A DNA stretch of 64,000 nucleotides from Tubiluchus corallicola (Eukaryota > Animalia > Priapulida): NCBI GenBank assembly GCA_030141605.1, contig JAQGDQ010000316.1:1-64000 (forward strand), written 5' to 3'. The notes under the pieces were generated by a model that saw nothing but the letters and a program-made list of their open reading frames with translations, had not been told where the DNA came from and made no database searches. This document shows positions 12,801 to 24,800 of this stretch, piece by piece. The stretch's first letter is position 1. Every line of letters starts with the position of its first letter. A program made the translations under genes and the position numbers.

Positions 12801-15800
12801 ATCAACAACCTATGTTGCAATAGATCGACCTGTGTTAAATTGCGATAATTTTTCAATTTTACTTATATTTGTTCCACAGTTTTTTTTCATTTTAAAGTCA
12901 GTTATTTTATTCAAACATTACAATTTCAGCTAGTAGTTACGTATTTTCTTGTAAATTTTGTGCTTATCAACTACAAAGCGCTACACTGTAAACAAGCCAA
13001 TATGTTCAATTTGTTCAATTATGTTATAATAAATGTTTACAAAAAAAACTAAAACAAAATCTTTAAGGCTTTCGACCTGTTGTGTTAATTGCATAAATTT
13101 TACTTAAATTAATTTTATTTTAATTGTCTATATAGGCCCTACGCATTACAATTTTCTGTGTCTGCAGTTACAAGCAATGCTGCTTTTATAGTACTTTAAT
13201 CATAATGGTTTATGATGCAGAATTTATTAGTTTCAATTGTGATTTCAAATTGATCATTTAAAACCTAACTAATGGTGCAGTACATAATCCCAATGATAAA
13301 GATGATGACAAATCATTTTCGACAGTACATTGTAAATCTACTTTTTATAAATACATATATACTTATGTCTATGGCCAAATCACGTTGAAAACTCTGGTTC
13401 TCGTCTGATCACCGAAGTTAAGCAACGTAGAACCTGGTTAGTGCTTGGATTGGTGACTGCCTAGGAATACCAGGTGCTGTTGGCTTGCGGGATACCCACA
13501 CTGTATCTCAGCACTAGGCGGACAAGCTGCACAAGCAGCCAACAGCTAGAGGGGCGGGGGAAGTCAAGTGACCCAACGGCCACGTGTAGAGGAGTAAACC
13601 TTCCAAATCAGGAGTGGAGCCCCAAAGGCGAACCAGTGCAGCATGCTCATTGATTCCAGCAGCTCCTGCAGCCAACCTGGTGCCAAACGTATTGCTCCGC
13701 TTTCCTTTGGACTACACCAGGGAGGAAGACAGGGGTTCCTGTTGTCCGGGCAAGTTAGGATCTCCATACACCATGCACAGGCGTGCGCCGTGGATACGTT
13801 CAAGGATCGCATTGCTCAGCCACAGTCGACGCTGGAGCTCCATCAATGTGATCAATAACTGACTCTTGGTGCACACTCTATGTTCTTCCGAGACAGAAGG
13901 ATGCCAACAACAATATATACTTATATACAATTTATACCACACACGCATGAGTCCTTTCGACATATTTTCTTAATATTTACGATCTGTCAGTACGATTCAA
14001 CAGTGCAAAAATCACAAGTGCTATTTTAAATCACTTAGCCTATGCTGATGATTTTTGTATTATTGCTACTTCAGGTGCACAGCTTCAACATCTGTTTAAT
14101 ATATGTGAAAATTTTGCTTTAGAAAATGATATTTGCTATAACTCTGATAAAAGCAAATGAAAGAATAAAGCCATTAGAGGATTCTTTAGCCACTTCACTG
14201 CCGTGCAACTTGTATTCCAACTGGAGCATGCTCATTTTGCCTGTGTTTGGCCATGAATGTTTTGTAGCTTGTATATTATGTTTTTTAGACAACAGAGGAC
14301 ACTGTAACAACACCATAGATATGGTTTGTGTAGATCAAAGATCTTGGTGATTGCTAAGCAATGTTCTGCATTCTAGACTGTCATGCTGTTCTGATATTCT
14401 TTGTTTAAGTTCCTAATTAGTCTAATAAATGCTACTTTATTATGCACGCATTTGTCTGGTTGCTGATATTATTGTAGCGTGTAACATGGTGTCAGAAGTG
14501 AACTAGTTGTTTTGAGTATTTACTCGGATGGCAAATTTGTAGAAAACTATGAATCAGCTAAAACCACCTAATGCACTAAACTTCGAATCACGGAATGTGT
14601 CACAAGCATGGAAAAAATGGCGTGAAGAATTTAGCTTGTATATGGAACTTGCACTTAGTGACAAAACTGAAGAAGTGAAAAAGAAGACTTTTCTGTATTT
14701 AATCGGTGAGAGAGGTAGGGAAATCTACCTCACATTAAATATAACTACACCTGAAGCTGAACGAACTGCCGTACACTGGTTTACAGCCTTTGAAAGGTAT
14801 TGTATTCCAACTGCCAATCAAACAGTTGAAAGATATAGATTCTTTACTAGAGTTCAAAGTTATTCTGAAACTATTGATGAATATGTAACAGCTTTGAAAG
14901 TGCTGACTAGTACATGTGAATTTCAGCAGTTGGAAGATTCTCTATTGCGTGACAGAATAGTATGTGGTGTAAATAGTCAAGAAATCAGAGAAAAACTATT
15001 AAAAACTACAGATTTAACCCTTGACACTTGTGTTTCTACCTGTCGTGCTGCTGAGTTTTCTCACTCTGCAATTAAAGAGTTTGCCCGAAGTCAAATGCCG
15101 ACTGAGAAAATCAACAGTGTAGAATGCAAGGTGAAAAATAGGTCTAAGCCTAACTATGCTAAATTTGCTAGTTGTGCACAGTCAGACGTGGTGCATTCTG
15201 TGAAGCCAAAAATGACCTCAGCGATGTATGACTCCCACCAAAAACGCTGTAAATTTTGTGGGAAACGACATGTTTTTGGTCGTGATAGTTGCCCTGCATA
15301 TGGTAAGCAGTGTCCTAAGTGTAAGCAATGGAATCACTTCCAAGTTAAATGTGATTCTCTTAGAAAATCTGCATTATATAGTAGTGTGTGCACCCTTGAT
15401 CAGCAGTTTTGCGATCTACGGTGTTGTGACACAGATTCTGATTCTGACTCAGAAAATTCGGAAAACAACTGGAGTGTGCAAGCGCTTCATTCTTCAAGGG
15501 TGAAACCTGGAAATAAAATTTTTGCTAAGATGCTGGTGAGTAAGAAACCTATTCGTTTTCTGATTGACAGTGGTGCAACATGCAATATGATACCAGCCAA
15601 TTTTCTGCCTTTCAATCAGTTGATTGATCATAGTGAGAAAAAATTGCTTTACACGTATGATGGACGAACAACTGAACCAGTGGGTAGTTGTGTTGTTAAA
15701 ATGATAAATCCTAAAAATGATGGTAAGTATAAAGTGAAATGTGTTGTAGTGCAAGAAAATTTTTTACCTATAATTGGTAATTCTGCTGCTCAGCAAATGA

Positions 15801-18800
15801 ATTTGCTGGAAATGAAGCATGAAAATACTCTAGGTGTTGATAGTTCTTCAACTGCAGATAGAGAATTAACCAAAGATATTTTGCTAAGTGATTATGCGGA
15901 TGTGTTTGAAGGTCTAGGTAAACTTCCTGGAAAACTGCACTTAGAAGTAGATCCTAATGTACCACCTGTAGCACATCTACCTAGACGTATGCCTTTTGGC
16001 ATATCGGTTGCTCCTGAAGAGTACCAACGCAGACAATATGAGGCTCTAGAAGGTTTAAAAAATGTTAAGAGTGTAGCAAACGATGTGCTAGTTATTGGCA
16101 ATGGAGCGACACTAGAAATTGCAAATAAGGATCATGATGAAAATGTCCGAGCTTTTATGCAGAGAGAAAAATTTAGTCTTAAGCAAAGAGAAAATTAAGC
16201 TGCGACAGAATAAAGTACAGTTTATTGGTCATGTATTAACAAGTGAAGGTCTGATGCCTGATCCAGACAAAGTTAAGGCTATTGTATAAATGATTGCCCC
16301 ACAAGATGGGTCTGGTGTTCGGAGACTTCTGGGATTAATTAATTATCTATCTAAATTCGTTCCTAACTTAAGTGACATGTGCAAGCCACTTAGAGAACTT
16401 ACTGAGAAAAATATACTCTGGACTGGGATGAAACCCTGGGGAAAGCTTTCAAAACTATAAAATCAGTTGTCTCCCCAGAACCTGTACTGCGTTACTATGA
16501 TCCTAAAGAAGAAGTCACCTTACAATGCGATTCTTCTGGGAAAGGCCTTGGAGCTGCCATTATGCAAAATGGACAACCAGTGGCTTATGCCAGTAAAGCA
16601 TTGTGAGAAACTGAGATAAGGTATGCTCAGATTGAAAAGAGCTACTTTCATGTGTTTTTGCAGTTACAAAGTTTCATCAGTATGTTTATGGTCGTCGTGT
16701 AGTGGTCCAGACAGACTATAAGCCCTTGGTAGCTGTTATGCAAAAACCACTTCATTCAGCACCAAAGCGTTTACACAGTCTACGCTAGTTAAACTTCAAG
16801 GTTATGATCTGAAGTTAATTTACAAACCAGGACCTACAATGTATGTAGCTGATACACTAAGCAGAGCTTATCTGCAAGATCAGCCAGACTTAACCTAGTA
16901 TGAAAAATACTTGAGCAATGTAAATGTGTTGCAATACTTACCTGTGTCTCAAGAGAGACTTAAACAAATTCGTGCTTATACGGAAAGTGATTTATTGACA
17001 CTGCGATCTACAATTCTTAATGGCTGGCCTGGAAGAAAAGGTTTTGTTCCTTTAGAGATTCGGCAGTATTATTCACTGAAGGATGAGCTCACAGTTCATA
17101 ATGGTGTGATTTTAAGGGGTAACCAAATTGTGATTCCTAAAGCCCTGAGAAAAGAGATGCTAGAACATGCACACAGCAGTCATGTTGGGATTGAAGGTTG
17201 CTTGAGAAGAGCCCGTGAATGTCTATACTGGCCGAATATGAATAATGAGTTTAAAGAATATATTCAGAAACGCGATGTTTGTAATGCCTTAAATAGAAAA
17301 CAGCAAAAGGAAACTTTGATTAGTTCTGAAGTTCCAGTTAGACCCTGGTCAGTGGTTGGCACTGATTTGTGCTACATTGATGGAAAAAATATTTAGTGAC
17401 AGTTGATTATTATTCCAATTTTGCTGAATTAGATTACTTAGAGAATACTGACTCAGAGATGGTAATCCGCAAACTGAAGATGCAGTTTGCCAGACATGGC
17501 ATTACTGATTTGGTTAGATCCGACAATGGCCCTCAATTTGCTTGTCATGCCTTTTCTAAGTTTTCTCGAAAGTGATGTTTTGTGTTTGGAAAATGCTGTG
17601 AAAACTGTAAAGAATTTGGTTATGAAAAGTAAGTTAGCTGGAAGCGACCCACTTTTAGCATTACTGGAGTTTTGCAATACTCCCATGCAAAGAATTGGTA
17701 CATCACCAGCACAGCATTTGTTTAACAGGCAAACTAAGTCACTATTGCCTATGACAGCTCAGCCACTTCAATCTTCACAGTATGATCTGTCAGTTGAACG
17801 AATGCGTAATCAGAAGAAAAAATCAGCTGAGTACTATAACGGAGATGCAAGAGATTTGCCGGAACTGATGCCTACAGAAGTTGTTAGAGTACAGCCCCAA
17901 CCCGGTACCAAGCACTGGTTAAAAGGAATAGTCATGGAAAGTGCAGATGACATAGGTCATTCTTACAGAGTTAAAACCAATCAAGGTATTTATCGCAGAA
18001 ACAGAGTACATTAACGGAAATCATCTGAGGAGCCAGACAGTGTTATGAATGGTACTGAACCTGAGGAACAGTTTAAACATACTAGTGTACTTCCTGTTAA
18101 GCCTAGTAAAATAGACTCACCAGGTGCATCAGCATTGATTGTGCCAGAACCTCGGAGTAGCATTGTAACAACTCGTTCTGGTAGAGAAGTCAGAAAACCT
18201 TTGAGGTTCAGAGAATGAACTCTGTATAGTGATTTTCGTTGTTGTTTTTTTGGAAACATGTTTAAATTTACATGTATTCATTTTGAGAACAATTTTGTGT
18301 TTTTTTTTAGGTTAATTGAACTTGTAGTCTTACACTTTAAAATGATTATGAATAATTTGTTTGTCAAATTGTTTAGTGACTAGGTATGAGAATTAAGAAC
18401 ATTATCCTTATGTACTTGCAGTTTTATAGTTTGTTGATCTGCATTATCATTTCACATTTTGCAATTTTTGCACAAGTTTGTGTACAACCAGTTAATTTTA
18501 ATATGTGCCTATGTTGCATTGTTAAGAGATAGACTGACAGTATGTAATTACTATTTTGATTTCAGTTATTGGAGTTATTGATGGATTTGAGTTCAAGTCT
18601 AGGTTTTCACAGAGAATAAAAGTGATTTCATTTGAAATTCACTGTTGGAATTGAAAAACTTAAATCCTTATTAATGTTGATTGTGAAATCTAAACAAGAA
18701 GTCTTGTACTTAATGTGTTTCATGATGCTCAAAGTTGTTTTAAGTTTCAGTAATATTTGTATGCTACTTTATTCAGCATTATTCATTGAGTTCATTAGTA

Positions 18801-21800
18801 CTTGATTTACTTGCCAGAAGGCACACTGTCAACTACAGTTGATACTACCTCTAAATTCTAGATGAACACTTATTTAGCTTGACTTAGTTAACAGAACTTG
18901 TTTTCAACTTTAAAGAAGGGAAGGTGTAACAATACCATAGATATGGTTTGTGTAGATCAAAGATCTTGGTGATTGCTTAGCAGTGTTCTGCATTCTAGAC
19001 TGTCATGCTGTTCTGATCTTCTTTGTTTAAGTTCCTAATTAGTTTAATAAATACTACTTTATTATGCACGCATTTGTCTGTTGCTAATATTATTGTAGCG
19101 TGCAACAGACACCACCGCTTTTTGTTTTCGAAGCTACATTCCTCAATTGCACGTGGCGTGTGTAAGTATTATTGCTACTGGCATAGGCATCAGTTAATTT
19201 GCAAATTAAGCATTTTGCAAACAAAGCCCCTCCCCTATGAAAACTTAACGAATCCGAAGCCACTCCCCTATGAAAACTTAACGAATCCGAAGCCCCTCCC
19301 CTATGAAAACTTAACGAATCCGAAGCCACTCCCCTATGAAAACTTAACGAATCCGAAGCCACTCCCCTATGAAAACTTAACGAATCCGAAGCCACTCCCC
19401 TATGAAAACTTAACGAATCCGAAGCCACTCCCCTGTGAAAACTTAAGGAATCCGAAGCCACTCCCCTATGAAAATTTAACGAATCCGAAGCCACTCCCCT
19501 ATGAAAACTTAACGAATCCGAAGCCACTCCCCTATGAAAACTTAACGACTCCGAAGCCACTCCCCTATGAAAACTTAACGAATCCGAAGCCACTCCCCTA
19601 TGAAAACTTAGAACGCGTTGACTTACAGCCTTTTGCTTGAGCAACCTGCGTGTAACGCTAGTCTCCTTTTTAGTGTGAATGTTAATTTCATTACTTTAAT
19701 GCTACGAATTATAACGAATAGTTAACTTTCTATTGTTTTTCTTTTATTATTGAATCATTATTTGGTGAACACTAATGTAATGTAATCTCTACAATTACAC
19801 AGGCTGATGTTATGAAGTCACGCAAATTGATGAAAATAGCTTTAATATCTTCCAACATGGCATACACAAGTAGCTAAGTTGCTTAACCCTTTCAGTCCCA
19901 AATTATTTTTTTAATAAGAAAAAATTTTTTGGCTTGGTACTTTTGTTCAGTATGTCCATCTTGTTTACACATAATAATTATTTTTTTCTACCTGTGCTTG
20001 CGTGCTAAATATAGCCTGTATCCCACGGGACACATTGGGATTCAATGGAAGCATAAAATGTGTTTCATTTTGCAACTGCAACTGCTGATAATTTTTTAAA
20101 GTATTTAAGACATTTAGTACGCATGCTATGCTGATCTGTACAAAGTCGTCTCTAAAGTGCTGTACCTTGCACAGTTTTTTATCCTATGTAGATTTTTTTA
20201 GTTTGCCATTTTATCACTATCTTTAGTCTATTGTTATTGGCTTAAATCAAAATAACTATTAACAGATCAAATAACTGTCAGTTTTAAAATTTTATTAATT
20301 TTAAATGCAGAGAATATTCTCGTGTCCCATGGGATACAACGGGTATGAAAGGGTTAATTTTGATGTTCAGTTAGGTTAATTATCCAAGAAAAATTAAAAT
20401 TGTAAATCATATATTTCCAATATTGAACGTCAACGGCAGGATTTTTTTGCAAGCCACAGATAATAGTCATAAATTCACGATAGACTGTGAGCAAGACCTA
20501 GCTGATATATAGGCCACCTCAATGCTTATTATCTTTGAAATCTTGAATTTAAAGTTTTTAATGAAATTCAATTTAACTGCGAAAAACATACATCCAACTT
20601 ACCTCACACTGTTAGCAGAATAGCTGTAGAGGATTTATGGGTCGAGATAAAAACATCAAGAAATAAAGTAACTATACTATTTGGCATCGTGTACAGGCAC
20701 CCCAACAAATCTGTCAGTCACTTTAATGAAGAAATGAAGAAATTCGGCAGGAAGGACAGCTTTTGTTTGCGGGGACATGAATATTAATTTACTTCAACAC
20801 GAAGACATTTCTTCCGTTGCCAACTATATAAATATGTTGTTCTCAAATAGGTTTCATCCTGTTATCACTCAACCAACTCGCATTACTCACAAACCCTAAT
20901 TGATCATATTTATACTAATGAGTTTCAAAATCCCATCACTGCTGACATCATTCAGTAGGAAGTGGCTGACCATCTGCCTATCTCAGCAATTGCTAACTCT
21001 TCCTATGCATGCAAAAGTAAGTCTCAAGTACAAATAAGAGATACTAAATGATTTATTCCTGCGAACTTTCTGAGCGATTTGGGACATTCACTTTCTAATA
21101 TTTTCAATAGTCAACTTAATGTAAATAATACTTTTTCCCACTTCTTGCAATCATTTGAAGCCACACTTAATAAACATGACCCATTTAATCTATTATTTAA
21201 TTATTAGAAATGCTTTTGTAGTATTAATCGTGTTAAAATGTATACTTTTATCGAACTTGAAAATGGGGTAGTATATGAAAAATGATCCTGTCTTCCTTTG
21301 ACAATTATTTCATTATAGATAATTGAAATGGTGATTTGTATCTAAAGAACAATCTGAGAACAACTTTGCTTACCGAGGATGCGCTTTTCTCACACAGTTT
21401 AATAAAGACGTAATCAGCGAAGGTTTTACATACAATTTATCATTTTAATAACCTATGATGTATGTTGTAATGTTGTATTCACATTATTAAAATTTACAGT
21501 ATTATATTAAAACCATTTATATTATTAAATATAGCGTTCCGCGTATTTGGACGTTCATTATTGGTTTAAAATATTGCAAAACAATTTTCGTATAACGCAT
21601 GTAAAAATTGATAATTACACTAAGAAGTTTTTTCATGGTGTGCAAGTTACTAAACATATAGACTTAGCATAACACAAGTTGCATAAAAGTACTAAAAAAT
21701 TCGTTACTTTAGCCACGTATAAAATGTTCTCTTTCTTTTTAACCATTTCTATTAAATTACCGTATTTATTCTAGTATAATGCGCACAACACGTGTATAAC

Positions 21801-24800
21801 GCGCACCACTAATTTTCAATTAAAAATTGGTATAAAATTTTGTTTCACTTTTTCTCGGCTCAGACCAAGCATTGTAAGTGACAAACGTTGTTGAACAACT
21901 CCAGTCTCTAACATTCGTCTCTGGTACAGTGAATTCTCGGCTAGCTGCTCGATTTCCGTGGGCCAGGCACCGTCTGACAAAGTCTGCTGATGACGCAAAT
22001 ATTATTGATTATTTCCTTAGCTACGCCTCACCCCAGCTCTCATTTATAACGCGTACCCAAACTTTGAGTTCTTTTTTAGGTACAAAATTTTGCGCGTTAT
22101 ACTCGAATAAATACGGTAACGTTCAACAGTAACGAAATTTCACTTATTTACGGGCTCATTGGTATCATGTCAAACCTTTACACGTATTGAAAAACATGAA
22201 ACTTACCCGTATCTCAACACACAGTACATTCGAAAACAGAAAACACGTCTAATAAAATAAGAAGCTATACAAGCTGCATCTAAGTAATAGTTCAAAAGGC
22301 TTTATCTTATTATATATTATATTGTATTGTATTGTATTGTATTGTATTGTATTGTATTGTATTGTATTGTATTGTATTGTATTGTATTGTATTGTATTGT
22401 ATTGTATTGTATTGTATTGTATTGTATTGTATTGTATTGTATTGTATTGTATTGTATTGTATTGTATTGTATTGTACTGTACTGTACTGTACTGTACTGT
22501 ACTGTACTGTACTGTATTGCACTGCACTGCACTGCACTGCACTGCACTGCACTGCACTGCACTGCACTGCACTGTACTTGTACTTGTACTATACTATACT
22601 ATACTATACTATACTATACTATACTATACTATACTATACTATACTATACAATACTATACTATACTATACTATACTACTATACTATACTATATTATATTAT
22701 ATTAGTTATTGTATTTTGATTTGATGTTATCTTATTTTCTCATTTTAGGACTGATATTGATACTGAATTTGTTCATTAGTAGAAATGCTGTTATTTTTTT
22801 TATTTTTTACAATACCTGTAAAAGGTAGCAAGCCCGTTTCGTGGTCAAGACAACCGGTTAAATTCGGATTTGGCTCTAGGCTGACCCCAACATAACAGAA
22901 CCACGTGTACCTGCACAAAAAATCAAGTTTAAACAGGTGATCAATAAATTAGCATGTACGATCTTGCAAGTGTACACCAGACTAAGCTACTCAATAGGCT
23001 AAGGTTTAATGCCTGAAGAGAGCCTGTTTTTCTCTTTTTTACTCAATTAAATCTCTTAAAAATGTTAGCTGATTGGATAGCTGAGATTCTCCTGAATAGA
23101 ACAATACCTAATTTGCTATCCTTTAGTTGTGCCAGTACCAGTACTCATACAGTAGCTAAAAAGTCAATAGGTCTTGTAAGACCTATTTTGAATGGTGCGG
23201 TCTTGAAGGAGTTAATGTTACATTAATGCCCATATGCTTAGTATATCACTATTGCAAATAGACTTGCGTTATTACTATCACAAACACATTATATCTCTAT
23301 TGCATATGGACTTACGTTATATTACTGTCACAAGTGCCATTGCTGCCCGAAGAACTAGGTCTACTGACATCTACGTTCAGGAATTCATTAATTGGGCACA
23401 CGTCGGGGTCTCGGGAACGGGACCCATCCAGTTCAATGTTATGCCCCCGTTTCGCATAGCGTATGCTTCCACCATGAATGTGTGGTATCAAATCAGACTT
23501 TGTGATTACAACATAGCACTGAAATAGTCCAAACAAGTATTCACACTATTGAAAACTAATAAATGAATAGATTTGAGCATGATTAATGTCTAGAAAATTT
23601 AAAAACAAGATTATTACAGTAATTTATTAATATTTTACTGATTAGGAATTGAACAGAGGGTAAGTAACAGCCAAGCAAGTGTTAGATATACTGAATGCTC
23701 AGTTGTTCAGAACAACACCTGCCATATTCTTGATCTCTCAGACACACTTCGGCAATCAAGCTACTGAAAATAAACCGAGGTGATGTCCTCTGTTGGCCAA
23801 AAAGTGATCACAAAATGCCTACAGCCAAAGACTTGCAGAAAATGATATTGAAATGACGTAATGGAGATGGTTTTGATGGTGGTATCTATGACGACGGTGG
23901 TGGTCGGCATCTGTGCTGGCAGTAGTGGAAATTATGATGGTGGCAATGAAGTAACTGACAGTAGTAATGCTGATATACAGCTGTTGTGGCTTAATGTTGT
24001 TATAGGTTCATTGATTTCCTTTGTCACTAAGTAAATTTCCCGTTCCTTTACATTTATATTTACTGTATGTAATTCTAGTGTGTAGAACTTGCTTGTTTTA
24101 GTAGGTGAGTAGGACTGCACACCAGAAATGTCACCTAGTTAAAAAAACTTCCTGGTTTAGTGAAGCACTGGCTGTTAAAATGTAATAAGAAAAGCAAAAA
24201 ACTCTTGAACTGCCTTGAAGTTTGGCAAAACAGGTTCATTAGAAGAAGTTATTCGCATCACATCTTTTATCATTGTTATATATTTGGAAAAGTGAAGAAA
24301 GAAGTGGACCATCGTAAAATAAACACATTAAACCAAAAACCTGCTGTACAGTGCTTTTTTCTCACAGTGCAATGTACTACCAAACATTAGTCAAAGTGAC
24401 AGTTTTCTCTCAATGCAATAACAATGCATGTTTGAAGCAATGGGTATAACATACCTTGTCAGAACCCTCCGTTTTGTTCGTCGGTGTCGTTACTGTTGCT
24501 ACGAAGCGAATAATGTAAGTGGCAGGTTGAAGAAGCCATGGTGGTATCGTCAGGTACTTCCGATTTGTAAGCAAGTTATCTGGGAGAGATATCGGACGTT
24601 CCACTGGAGGGAAGAAATTTATTTCGGCGAAATAAAGTTTCCATCTGTACGTTATGGAGGTCTGAGCCGGGCAATCATGATACACAATGGAGGTAACAGA
24701 AAAGCTATTTCGTGGTTTGTATATGGGTGCTACAGAGACATTGTAGCCGGCATTAACAATGCGCACGTCAACGCAACAATTACCACAAGCCCGTACAACG

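Larger units (their letters stand above)
14303..19107 (+). mobile_element. Gypsy (Mag-like) LTR retrotransposon, two LTRs, degenerate pol
   Basis: LTRs 14303-14486 and 18925-19107 (TG...CA; 8 substitutions + 1 indel), 5-bp TSD gacac, PBS, PPT aaagaagggaagg, gag-PR-RT-RH-INT order. Confidence 0.97.

Noticed and set aside
13367-13486. Functional 5S rRNA gene
   Set aside because: Multiple substitutions, no oligo-T terminator, and it is part of a TSD-bounded retroposed unit.
2777-22815. Missing REJ exons or a nested fibrinogen-like (v-Themis-type) gene in the 20-kb intron
   Set aside because: Exons 22816 and 2776 join in phase with continuous REJ-like sequence; no fibrinogen motifs seen; most of the intron is explained by repeats.
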